A stretch of DNA of 30,810 nucleotides from Candidatus Firestoneibacteriota bacterium (GCA_043822305.1 JBDRBU010000001.1:1-30810), one strand, 5' to 3'. Shown: positions 8,858 to 17,696, counted from the stretch's first letter. Made by a program: numbers and translations. The notes: a model not told the origin generated them from the letters alone.

Positions 8858-10267
8858 ATGCTTAAATTTAATAAGAATAGTAAGACTTTAGAACAGGATG
8901 AGTATAAATATCAGTTGCAGAATCCTGAAATTCCAAATTTATACAGAGACATATATTCATATGGCGAAGTTCCAAAGATTCCTTTTAACCATAGGATTGT
9001 GCCCATGAATACACCTGAAGAAATCTGGATGACTGATACTACTTTCAGGGATGGGCAGCAGAGTTTACCACCGTTTACAGTGAAACAAATTGTAGATTTA
9101 TATACGATGCTTCATAAACTAAGTGGTTCTAATGGAATGATAAAGCAATGTGAATTTTTCCTGTATACTGAAAAAGACAGAAAGGCTGTAGATAAATGCA
9201 GGGAGAGAGGATACAAGTTTCCTGAAATCACAGGATGGATTAGAGCCGTTAAAGAAGATTTTAAACTTGTAAAAGACATGGGATTAAAAGAAACAGGCAT
9301 ACTTACATCTGTTTCGGATTATCATATATTTTTAAAATTAAAAAAAAGTAGAAAACAAGCGATGGATGATTATTTGGGAATAGTTAAATCTGCGCTTAGT
9401 CTGGGCATAATTCCAAGATGCCATTTTGAAGATATTACCAGAGCAGATTTTTATGGTTTTGTGGTTCCATTTGCACTGGAACTTATGAAGTTATCTAAGC
9501 TGGCCAATATTCCAGTTAAAATTAGAGCATGTGATACATTAGGTTATGGTGTAACTTATCCGGGAGTTGCCTTACCAAGAAGTGTTAAGGGTCTTTGTTA
9601 TGGTTTAACGGAACTTGCAGGTGTTCCGTCCGAATATTTAGAATGGCATGGACATAATGATTTTCATAAAGCAGTAATCAATGCTTCAACAGCCTGGCTA
9701 TATGGTTGTGGTGTGGCTAATGGTTCGCTCCTGGGTATAGGCGAAAGAACCGGTAATACTCCTTTGGAATCACTTGTTATAGAATTCATTGAATTAAGAG
9801 GAACAACAAATGGAATGGATACAACAATTATTGCTGATATTACGAAATATTTTGAGGAAGAGATTGGCTATAAGATTCCAAAGAATCAGCCATTTGTTGG
9901 TGCGAATTTTAATGTAACTAAAGCAGGAATTCATGCAGATGGAATAATGAAAAATGAAGAAATTTACAATATATTTGATACTAAAAAGATATTAAAAAGA
10001 GAAGTTGATGTTGAAATAACAGATAAATCAGGACTTTCTGGTATAACTTTTTGGATTAATAGTAGATTAAATCTTAAAGGAACGAGTAAAATCGAAAAAA
10101 GTCATCCGGCTGTGAAGAGTATAAAATTGTGGATAGATACTGAATATGTAAGTGGTAGAACTACGGCCATATCAGAGCAAGAGATGTGGGCTTTTGTTGA
10201 AGAGTACTTACCTGATTTGTTAAAGAAAGTGGAAAAAGTGGGGAAAGTGAAAGAAGTGAAAAAATGA
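8858..10267 (+). CDS. Re-citrate synthase (DRE-TIM/isopropylmalate synthase family)
   Basis: IWMTDTTFRDGQQS, EFFLYT, PEITGWIRA, RCHFEDITRAD, EWHGHNDF, GERTGN, AGIHADG match clostridial/syntroph Re-citrate synthases; no LeuA regulatory domain; TCA context; AAGGGGG SD before ATG 8858. Confidence 0.85.
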   Translation: MLKFNKNSKTLEQDEYKYQLQNPEIPNLYRDIYSYGEVPKIPFNHRIVPMNTPEEIWMTDTTFRDGQQSLPPFTVKQIVDLYTMLHKLSGSNGMIKQCEFFLYTEKDRKAVDKCRERGYKFPEITGWIRAVKEDFKLVKDMGLKETGILTSVSDYHIFLKLKKSRKQAMDDYLGIVKSALSLGIIPRCHFEDITRADFYGFVVPFALELMKLSKLANIPVKIRACDTLGYGVTYPGVALPRSVKGLCYGLTELAGVPSEYLEWHGHNDFHKAVINASTAWLYGCGVANGSLLGIGERTGNTPLESLVIEFIELRGTTNGMDTTIIADITKYFEEEIGYKIPKNQPFVGANFNVTKAGIHADGIMKNEEIYNIFDTKKILKREVDVEITDKSGLSGITFWINSRLNLKGTSKIEKSHPAVKSIKLWIDTEYVSGRTTAISEQEMWAFVEEYLPDLLKKVEKVGKVKEVKK

Positions 10268-10280
10268 GGGAAATATAAAT

Positions 10281-11183
10281 ATGAAGAGTATTCTAGAACT
10301 GTTAAAAGAGAAAATATTATTGGGCGATGGTGCTCTGGGGACAATGCTTCAAAAACATGGACTGTCACTTGGTGAATGTCCGGAGTACTGGAATATAACC
10401 AAGGCGGATATAGTAACTGATATTCATCTGGAGTATATAGATGCTGGTGCTGATATTATTCTTACAAATACTTTTGGTGCAAATAAGATAAAACTATCTA
10501 AATTTAACTTAGAAGGAAAAATTAAAGAGATTAATGTTAACGCAGTAAAAAATGCAAGAAAGGTAGCCAAAGACAATGTTTTTATTGCAGGTAATCTAGG
10601 TCCTACAGGTTCCTTACTTGAACCATTAGGTGATTTAACGAGTGAAGAAGTATACAATGTTTTTAAAGAACAAGTCTTATGCCTGATTGAAGGTGGAGTG
10701 GATTTAATTATAATTGAAACGATGATTTCAATAGAAGAAGTAGTTTTAGCCACAAAAGCAGCAAAAGAAAATTCAGATTTACCTGTAGCTTCACTTATGA
10801 CATTTGAAGTAAATAAAAATGGTATTAAGACAGTTATGGGAGTTGATGTTAAGACAATGGTCGAAGAACTTGAAAAGGGAGGTGCTGATATTATAGGCAC
10901 AAATTGTGGCAGTGGAATTAAAAATATGATAGAAGTAGTTAAAGCCATAAAGAAAGAAACTAACAAGTTTATCATGGCTGAGCCAAATGCTGGACTTCCT
11001 GTATTAAAGAATGGTGTGGTCGTCTACGATGGGACACCCGAAGTTATGTCATCTTATATCCCACATCTAATAGACGCGGGCACAAATATCATTGGTGGGT
11101 GTTGTGGTACAACTCCTCAGCATATAAAATCAATGAGAGAGAAAATCATAGTCTGCCCGCCTAATGCGGGCAACTATTGCTAG
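10281..11183 (+). CDS. Homocysteine S-methyltransferase domain protein (stand-alone MetH N-terminal module)
   Basis: DGALGTML, TNTFGAN, IETM, GTNCG, PNAGLP, GGCCGTTP Zn ligands; last ~10 codons derive from a REP-like hairpin. Confidence 0.88.
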   Translation: MKSILELLKEKILLGDGALGTMLQKHGLSLGECPEYWNITKADIVTDIHLEYIDAGADIILTNTFGANKIKLSKFNLEGKIKEINVNAVKNARKVAKDNVFIAGNLGPTGSLLEPLGDLTSEEVYNVFKEQVLCLIEGGVDLIIIETMISIEEVVLATKAAKENSDLPVASLMTFEVNKNGIKTVMGVDVKTMVEELEKGGADIIGTNCGSGIKNMIEVVKAIKKETNKFIMAEPNAGLPVLKNGVVVYDGTPEVMSSYIPHLIDAGTNIIGGCCGTTPQHIKSMREKIIVCPPNAGNYC

Positions 11184-11209
11184 TCTGGTTGCTTACGCAA
11201 CCAACTATT
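11148..11209 (-). repeat. Two tandem ATAG-tagged REP-like hairpins
   Basis: TAGTC-TGCCCGC-CTAAT-GCGGGCA-ACTATT and TAGTC-TGGTTGC-TTAC-GCAACCA-ACTATT: same frame, different but perfectly paired 7-bp stems. Confidence 0.8.
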
Positions 11210-11307
11210 CCTAACATTATTTATTTACATTAAAGTAAGTCATAATATTATTTATTTGCATTATTGAAAGTCAAGGTAGTATGAAAGGTAAGAGTAAATG
11301 GGGTTAT

Positions 11308-11343
11308 ATTCCCCCTTAATAAAGGGGGATCAAGGGGGTTGTT
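11308..11343 (-). repeat. C5/G5 palindromic element, copy 2 (inverted)
   Basis: Reverse complement AACAACCCCC-TTGAT-CCCCCTTTATTAAGGGGGAAT. Confidence 0.9.
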
Positions 11344-11394
11344 AAGGTTAAAATTTCGCGCAAGAGATGTCAGTTAAAAACATGGGAAGTTAAA

Positions 11395-11428
11395 AACAAC
11401 CCCCTAACCCCCTTTATTAAGGGGGAAT
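11395..11428 (+). repeat. C5/G5 palindromic element, copy 3
   Basis: AACAACCCCC-TAA-CCCCCTTTATTAAGGGGGAAT, core identical to copy 1; head-to-head with copy 2 across 51 bp. Confidence 0.95.
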
Positions 11429-11454
11429 TAAAGAGGGACATAAGGAGGAAAAAA

Positions 11455-12213
11455 ATGAGAAAGCCGATCATTGCGGGTAATTGGAAGATGAATAAAAATG
11501 TAAATGAATCACTGGATCTGGTAAAAGATTTGAGATTTAAATTAGTAGATGTTAATGATATTGATATAGTTATATGTCCTCCTTTTTTATCTATATCTTC
11601 TGTGTATCAATTTTTAAAAGGGAGTAATATAAAAGTTGGTGCTCAAAACTGTTATTTTGAAAAGAAAGGAGCCTGGACAGGCGAAATTTCTCCGGGTATG
11701 TTAAAAGATGCTGGATGTCATTATGTGATCGTTGGTCATTCTGAAAGAAGACAGTTTTTTAAAGAAACAGATGAATTAATAAATAAAAAGGTAAAAGCTG
11801 TGCTTTTAGAAGGATTATTTCCGATAGTTTGTGTTGGAGAAATCTTGGACGAAAAAGAAAAAGGAATCACAAATGAAGTTGTAAAGAAACAGGTTACTGG
11901 ATGCTTGAAAAATTTAACAGCAGAAGAAGTATTAAAGATTGTTATTGCCTATGAACCTGTGTGGGCTATTGGAACAGGCAAGAATGCCACACCTCAGGAA
12001 GCCGAGGAAGTTCATAGATTTATAAGAGGTATCTTGCTAAAATTATACAATAAAGAACTTTCAGAATCCATTCGTATCCAGTATGGTGGAAGTGTAAAGC
12101 CCGATAATATTTCAGAACTAATGGCTGAGGAAGATATTGACGGTGCTTTAGTTGGTGGAGCAAGTTTGGAATCAGAATCGTTTACAAAAATAGTAAAATT
12201 TGAAAGAAAATAG
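11455..12213 (+). CDS. tpiA: Triosephosphate isomerase
   Basis: IAGNWKMN, GHSERR, AYEPVWAIGTG, YGGSVK, DGALVGGASL; AAGGAGG SD. Confidence 0.98.
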   Translation: MRKPIIAGNWKMNKNVNESLDLVKDLRFKLVDVNDIDIVICPPFLSISSVYQFLKGSNIKVGAQNCYFEKKGAWTGEISPGMLKDAGCHYVIVGHSERRQFFKETDELINKKVKAVLLEGLFPIVCVGEILDEKEKGITNEVVKKQVTGCLKNLTAEEVLKIVIAYEPVWAIGTGKNATPQEAEEVHRFIRGILLKLYNKELSESIRIQYGGSVKPDNISELMAEEDIDGALVGGASLESESFTKIVKFERK

Positions 12214-12222
12214 GAGGCTAAA

Positions 12223-12594
12223 ATGATTATTACCATCCTGACAATCTTACATGTTTTGGCTTGTGTATTTCTTGTGCTCATAGTACTTTTGCAATCAGGT
12301 AAGGGTTCAGATATAGGTTCCGTATTTGGTGGTGGAGTAAGTCAGACACTTTTTGGACCAACAGGAGGGAAGACAATTTTAACTAAGGTTACAACAGTAT
12401 TGGCTGTTGTTTTTATGATTACTTCGATATTACTTGCAACTTTACCATATTCTTTGAGTAAGTCATCCAATAAACTACAAGAAGAATTACAAAAAGAAGA
12501 ATCAAAAGAAGCAATTCCACCACTTTCACAAGTTACACCAGAAAAAAAAGGTGTAATTCCACCGATTTTACAAGTTACACCAGAGAAAAAATGA
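12223..12594 (+). CDS. secG: Preprotein translocase subunit SecG
   Basis: Two TM helices with VLLQSGKGSDIGSVFGGG loop and LTKVT; canonical tpiA-secG synteny. Confidence 0.93.
   Translation: MIITILTILHVLACVFLVLIVLLQSGKGSDIGSVFGGGVSQTLFGPTGGKTILTKVTTVLAVVFMITSILLATLPYSLSKSSNKLQEELQKEESKEAIPPLSQVTPEKKGVIPPILQVTPEKK
12513..12591 (+). repeat. 42-bp-period imperfect tandem duplication in the secG tail
   Basis: AATTCCACCACTTTCACAAGTTACACCAGAAAAAAAA vs AATTCCACCGATTTTACAAGTTACACCAGAGAAAAAA (IPPLSQVTPEKK / IPPILQVTPEKK). Confidence 0.9.
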
Positions 12595-12695
12595 AGTTTC
12601 TGTCAGGAACATATATTATTAGAGGAGTTTTTCTAATTCCAAAGAAAGGTAATCTGCTGCATTTACACTTTTTATAATTTAATAGGAGTGTTTCA

Positions 12696-12837
12696 ATGAG
12701 AAGACTAAAGATTTATCTGGATACCTCAATAATCAGCTTTCTTTTTGCACACGATGCAGTCATATACTACTTTTGTGAAAGCTGATTTGAAAGGGCTCAA
12801 AATAAATTATCGTAAAAAGAAAAAAGTTGCAGCATAA
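12696..12837 (+). pseudogene. Remnant of a PIN-domain toxin gene, possibly fused to the tail of its partner gene
   Basis: AGGAG SD then MRRLKIYLDTSIISFLFAHDA (PIN N-terminal 'YLDTS' strand), stop after 29 aa at 12785; another frame ends ...LKGLKINYRKKKKVAA* at 12837. Confidence 0.65.
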
Positions 12838-12942
12838 AAGTTCCTTTTTTAAGTGCATCAATTTATTATTCAATTGTTGTTAATCGCCGTTTTTTTTTAA
12901 AGAGATTTTTGATAATATCAATGGCACTATCAGGGGGAAAAT

Positions 12943-14625
12943 ATGAGAAAACTTATAATACTTGCATTAGGAATAACCATTATTGTTGCCGTTGGAGGAT
13001 ATATTTTTACAAAAAGTATGGTTGAAGATATGAAGAAGTTTCAGGAGGATATGAGACAATCTGAAGATAAAGCATTAAATAAAACTGATACTTCAACATA
13101 TGGTGATACTTTAGTTGATTCTTCAATAGGTGATGCGTCAATTTTAAATCCCATTTTACTTACTGATTCTGCCTCGTCAGATATAGCCGGATTGGTATTT
13201 AATGGATTAGTTAAATATGATAAAGATATAAAACTTATTGGAGATTTAGCTGAAAGATGGGATGTTTCAAAAGATGGACTAACTATTACATTTTATTTAA
13301 GAAAAGGTGTGAAATGGCAGGATGGAGTAGAACTAACCGCAGAGGATGTTGAGTTTACTTATAAAAAATTAACAGATCCAAATACTAAAAGTCCTTATAA
13401 AAGTAATTATGAAATCATAAAAATATTTAAAATAATAAATAAATATACTGTTCAAGTAGAATATTCGGAACCTTTTGCTCCTGCGCTTGAAAGTTGGGGA
13501 ACGGGTATTTTACCCAAGCATTTATTAAAAAATCTTGATATAAATACTGCAAAATTTAATAGAAATCCTGTTGGAACAGGTCCTTATAGATTTAAAGAAT
13601 GGAAGACAGCAGAAAAAATTTCCTTGGAATACTATGATAATTATTTTGAAGGTAGATCATATATTGATAAATACCTGTATAGAATAATACCAGACCAGTC
13701 CGTGCAATTTATGGAATTAAAATCAGGTGGAATAGATATGATGGGATTAACACCCGACTTGTATAAAACTCAGGCAAACACATCAAAGTTTAATAGTAAA
13801 ATCAATAAATACAGATATCCTGCATTTGCATATACATATCTGGGATTTAATTTACTTTCTCCTTTGTTTTCAGATAAAAAAGTAAGACAGGCAATTTCAT
13901 ATGCTATTAATAAAAAAGATATTATAGATGGTGTCTTACTTGGGTTAGGAAGAGAATCAACAGGGCCCTTTCCACCTGAATCATGGGCGTATAATTCAAA
14001 TGTTACTAGTCTTCCATATGATCTAAACATAGCCAGGGAAAAACTTAAAGAAGCAGGATGGTCTGATTCAGATAATGATGGTCTTCTTGATAAAGACGGG
14101 AAAAAATTTGAATTTATGTTAATGACAAACCAAGGTAATAAGCCAAGAGAATTAGTTGTTCAGATAATACAACAGCAACTCGCTAAAATTGGTATAAAGG
14201 TTGAGATAAGAATAATAGCCTGGACTGCATTTATAAATGAATATATTGATAAGAAAAAATTTGATGCAGTGGTCTTAGGCTGGTCGCTTAGTCGGGACCC
14301 TGATTGTTATGATATATGGCATTCTTCAAAAATAAAAGAGAAAGAATATAATTTTGTATCATATAAAAATCAAAAAATAGATAAATTGTTAGTTGAAGGT
14401 AGAAGAACTTTTGATATAGAAAAAAGAAAAAAGATTTATTATAAAATCCATAAAATATTAGCAGATGATGTGCCATATGTCTTTCTTTATGTTCCTGATG
14501 CTTTAGTTGTCGTTGATAATAGAATTAACGGAATAAAAATAGCCCCAATTGGCATATCGTATAATTTTATAAAATGGTATGTTCCTAAGTTTAGGCAGAA
14601 GTATGTAAATGTGATGGGAAAATAA
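12943..14625 (+). CDS. ABC-type peptide/nickel-binding protein (SBP family 5, AppA/OppA-like)
   Basis: N-terminal TM anchor; LAERWDVSKDGLTITFYLRKGVKWQDG..TAEDVEFT; PVGTGPYRF; DKKVRQAI. Confidence 0.92.
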   Translation: MRKLIILALGITIIVAVGGYIFTKSMVEDMKKFQEDMRQSEDKALNKTDTSTYGDTLVDSSIGDASILNPILLTDSASSDIAGLVFNGLVKYDKDIKLIGDLAERWDVSKDGLTITFYLRKGVKWQDGVELTAEDVEFTYKKLTDPNTKSPYKSNYEIIKIFKIINKYTVQVEYSEPFAPALESWGTGILPKHLLKNLDINTAKFNRNPVGTGPYRFKEWKTAEKISLEYYDNYFEGRSYIDKYLYRIIPDQSVQFMELKSGGIDMMGLTPDLYKTQANTSKFNSKINKYRYPAFAYTYLGFNLLSPLFSDKKVRQAISYAINKKDIIDGVLLGLGRESTGPFPPESWAYNSNVTSLPYDLNIAREKLKEAGWSDSDNDGLLDKDGKKFEFMLMTNQGNKPRELVVQIIQQQLAKIGIKVEIRIIAWTAFINEYIDKKKFDAVVLGWSLSRDPDCYDIWHSSKIKEKEYNFVSYKNQKIDKLLVEGRRTFDIEKRKKIYYKIHKILADDVPYVFLYVPDALVVVDNRINGIKIAPIGISYNFIKWYVPKFRQKYVNVMGK

Positions 14626-14686
14626 TGGAAAAACCTTAAAGAATGGAGTTAAGATAAACCTGTTAAAGAGAAACAAGAGAATAGAC

Positions 14687-15712
14687 ATGATAAAAATATT
14701 AAAAGCATCTAATTATGGTGCTCTTCTAAATGAAATAAAACAGCGAATTCGTTCTGCACAATATGAAGCCCTGAAAACGGTCAATAAGGAAATGATCCGT
14801 CTTTACTGGGACATTGGCAAGATGATTGTTGGACGGCAAAAGCAGTATGGATGGGGTAAATCCATTGTGGAGAATTTGTCAAAAGATTTACAACTTGAAT
14901 TTCCTGGTGTACAGGGCTATTCAAAAGACAATCTCTGGCGAATGCGGAAATTTTATTTGCAGTATAAAGATATTGAAAAACTTGCACCACTGGTGCAAGA
15001 AATAGGATGGGCTCATAACATAATTATTATGGAAATCTGTAAAGATAATCTTGAGCGAGAATTCTATATCCATATGACTAAGCGAATGGGGTGGAGTAAA
15101 AATGTTCTTATTCATCAGATTGAAAATCAGAGTTACGAGAAAACATTGTTGAATCAGACAAATTTCAACAAAACATTACCTGAAAAAATAAAAAATCAGG
15201 CGAAATTAGCAGTTAAAGATGAATATATGTTTGATTTTCTTGAACTTGGCGAAGAACACAGTGAAATGGAACTTGAACGGGCATTAATAGTCAAAGTTAA
15301 CAGGTTTCTTGTAGAAATGGGTGGAACATTTGCATTTATGGGCAATCAATTTCGTTTAGAAATAGAAGGCGAGGAATTTTTTATTGATATTCTACTCTAT
15401 CATCGCCGATTAAAATGTTTGGTTGCCATTGAACTGAAAGTCGGTAAATTTATACCTGAATATGTGGGGAAGATGCAATTTTATTTAGCTGCTTTGGATA
15501 AAATTATCAGGGAAAAAGATGAAAACTCATCAATCGGTATTATACTATGTAAAGATAAAAAACGCACAATTGTTGAATATGCATTAAAGGAAAGCAATAA
15601 ACCAATTGCGGTTGCACAATATCGTATAACGCGAACATTACCAAAAAATCTTCAGAAAGAATTACCAGCACCTGAACAGATACGAAAACTTTTAGATGGG
15701 GTAGAACAATGA
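14687..15712 (+). CDS. YhcG/DUF1016 PD-(D/E)XK nuclease-like protein
   Basis: LYWDIGKMI, WGKSIV..LSKDL, KDEYMFDFL, FIDILLYHRRLKCLVAIELK, GKMQFYL, IGIILC, VEYAL. Confidence 0.93.
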   Translation: MIKILKASNYGALLNEIKQRIRSAQYEALKTVNKEMIRLYWDIGKMIVGRQKQYGWGKSIVENLSKDLQLEFPGVQGYSKDNLWRMRKFYLQYKDIEKLAPLVQEIGWAHNIIIMEICKDNLEREFYIHMTKRMGWSKNVLIHQIENQSYEKTLLNQTNFNKTLPEKIKNQAKLAVKDEYMFDFLELGEEHSEMELERALIVKVNRFLVEMGGTFAFMGNQFRLEIEGEEFFIDILLYHRRLKCLVAIELKVGKFIPEYVGKMQFYLAALDKIIREKDENSSIGIILCKDKKRTIVEYALKESNKPIAVAQYRITRTLPKNLQKELPAPEQIRKLLDGVEQ

Positions 15713-15821
15713 GTATAATAAACGAAGTCCTGACCGCAGTGAAAGATATCGTATTGGCGATGAAGTTGCCCTTGAGTATTATCGTTTACAAAAAATTACG
15801 GTATTGTCAAAAGATTTTTGA
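15709..15821 (+). pseudogene. Collapsed remnant of a type I restriction subunit R (hsdR-like)
   Basis: ATGA-coupled start MSIINE; a shifted frame (15729-15800) reads PDRSERYRIGDEVALEYYRLQKIT, recalling the 'DDEVALEYYRLQKI' C-terminal motif of one HsdR family; DUF1016 genes commonly sit in type I R-M loci. Recognised from memory, not searched. Confidence 0.6.
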
Positions 15822-15850
15822 CAATACCAACAAAAAGATGAGGAGGAATG

Positions 15851-16582
15851 ATGAAAGGAATTATTTTAGCTGGTGGGCTTGGGACACGACTTTTTCCATT
15901 AACAAGAATTACAAATAAACATTTGCTTCCGGTTTATAATAAGCCAATGATTTTTTATCCTGTTGAAGCATTAGTCAATGCCGGGATAACAGATATGATG
16001 ATAGTTACAGGAGGGAATAATGCGGGTGATTTTTTAAGATTGCTTGGTAATGGCAAGGATTTTGGATTAAAACATATTAACTATGCCTACCAAAAAGGCG
16101 AGGGTGGGATAGCCGAAGCATTAGGTTTAGCCGAACATTTTGCGGAGGATGATAAGGTTGTAGTATTTCTGGGAGATAATATAATAGGTGGTAATATTAT
16201 AAAGATAGTTAAAAATTTTGAAAAAGTTAAAAAAGGAGCAAGAATAATATTAAAAGAAGTTAAAGACCCGGAAAATTATGGTGTGCCGGAGTTTAAAAAT
16301 AATAAAATTGTAAGAATAGTGGAAAAGCCTAAAAAACCCATCTCGAATTATGCAGTAATTGGTATATATTTATACGACAGTGATATATTTAAAATTGTTA
16401 AGACATTAGAACCTTCCAAAAGAGGAGAATTAGAAATTACAGATGTGAATAATATTTATTTAAAAAGAGGACTGCTTAATTGCGATATTCTTGAAGGATG
16501 GTGGGCTGATGCAGGTTCTTCTATTGAAGGTTGGTTTGAAACAAATAAAATGGTAGCATTGTATGGTGCTAATAAAACATGA
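15851..16582 (+). CDS. rfbA: Glucose-1-phosphate thymidylyltransferase (short SpsI/RfbA type)
   Basis: MKGIILAGGLGTRLFPLT..NKHLLPVYNKPMI, LGDN, EKP, PSKRGELEITD; GAGGAGG SD; rfbCBD downstream. Confidence 0.88.
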   Translation: MKGIILAGGLGTRLFPLTRITNKHLLPVYNKPMIFYPVEALVNAGITDMMIVTGGNNAGDFLRLLGNGKDFGLKHINYAYQKGEGGIAEALGLAEHFAEDDKVVVFLGDNIIGGNIIKIVKNFEKVKKGARIILKEVKDPENYGVPEFKNNKIVRIVEKPKKPISNYAVIGIYLYDSDIFKIVKTLEPSKRGELEITDVNNIYLKRGLLNCDILEGWWADAGSSIEGWFETNKMVALYGANKT

Positions 16583-17667
16583 AAGAATTTATGTCGCCAA
16601 AAGAAAGAGTAGAAGCGGTCTTGCTTAAAAAGAAAGCAGATTATGTTCCTTTTACAGTTTATGAGAGTATGATCCCCCAATGTGAGATAGAAAGAAAACT
16701 TAGAAATGAAGGATTATGCATAGTGAAAAGGTTAAATGTTCATAAGATGGAATCTCCAGATGTAAAAGAAGTAGTCACTCATTATGAAGAAAATGGATTG
16801 AATAAAATTCGTACTGATATACAAACTCCTGTTGGCAATCTTTTCTTTATCCAGATTCGACAGAGTATAGATACAGCAGTTGGATATACTCATTGGGAAG
16901 AACAAAAAATTTTTAAAAGCAAAGAGGATTATAAGGCTATAGAATTTATGATAAGAAATAGGGTTTACATGCCCAACTATGAATCTTTTTTAAAAGAACA
17001 AAAATATGCAGGGGATGATATTATACTAAGAGCAGATGTAGGAGGATATGAACCATTACAAGAGATAATGATTTCTATTATGGGGATTGAAAATTTTTCC
17101 ATTGAGTGGGCAGAAAATCGTGATGAGGTTTTAAAACTTTACAAGCACCTTGTTGATGATAGGAGAAAAATTTATCCTATAATAGCAAAATCTCCGGCAT
17201 TACATGCTAATTATGGAGGAAATGTTGCTGCTGAGATAGTTGGCCTAGAACGTTTTGAGAAGTATTTTTTACCTCATTATCAGGAATTTTCGGAAGTGAT
17301 GCACAAGAACGGGAAATTAGCCGGGTCACATTTTGATGGTAATAATAAACTGATAGCTTCTCTTATGGCTAAATCAGGGTTGGATTATATTGAAGCATTT
17401 ACTCCATCTCCAGATACAGATATGACCGTAAAAGAAGCCCTGGATATTTGGCCGGATAAAATTTTATGGATCAATTTTCCTTCTTCTATTCATGTTAGAA
17501 GCAAGGAAGAGATTAAAAAAACAACTTTGGAAATACTTGAACAAGCAAAGCCATTAGATAGATTAATTGTAGGTATTACTGAAGATGTTCCAAAAGATAA
17601 ATGGCAGGATAGTTTTTTAACAATTATGGAAGTTCTTAAGAATCATGGTAGAATTTCAATTAGATAA
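16579..17667 (+). CDS. Uroporphyrinogen decarboxylase (URO-D/MetE-like) family protein of unknown substrate
   Basis: MSPKERV N-terminus, IQTPVGNL, FEKYFLPHY, SHFDG, IEAFTPSPDTDM, LWINFPS. Confidence 0.6.
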   Translation: MKEFMSPKERVEAVLLKKKADYVPFTVYESMIPQCEIERKLRNEGLCIVKRLNVHKMESPDVKEVVTHYEENGLNKIRTDIQTPVGNLFFIQIRQSIDTAVGYTHWEEQKIFKSKEDYKAIEFMIRNRVYMPNYESFLKEQKYAGDDIILRADVGGYEPLQEIMISIMGIENFSIEWAENRDEVLKLYKHLVDDRRKIYPIIAKSPALHANYGGNVAAEIVGLERFEKYFLPHYQEFSEVMHKNGKLAGSHFDGNNKLIASLMAKSGLDYIEAFTPSPDTDMTVKEALDIWPDKILWINFPSSIHVRSKEEIKKTTLEILEQAKPLDRLIVGITEDVPKDKWQDSFLTIMEVLKNHGRISIR

Positions 17668-17696
17668 ATGTAATGTTAAAATAAAAAGGTTAAAAA

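Noticed and set aside
11245..11274. Antisense promoter TTGACT-18-TAATAT pointing at the tandem hairpins (possible sRNA)
   Set aside because: Non-optimal spacing and -10 in a very AT-rich stretch; cannot be supported without transcript data.
12909..12921. FNR box upstream of the peptide-binding protein
   Set aside because: TTGAT-N3-ATCAA has a 3-bp rather than 4-bp spacer; may be chance in AT-rich DNA.
12595..12942. tRNA-Leu expected after secG
   Set aside because: No cloverleaf or GTTCRA T-loop visible; the region holds a PIN stub instead.
15709..15918. 69-aa ORF as a real gene
   Set aside because: Overlaps rfbA out of frame and is better explained as the start of a collapsed hsdR remnant.
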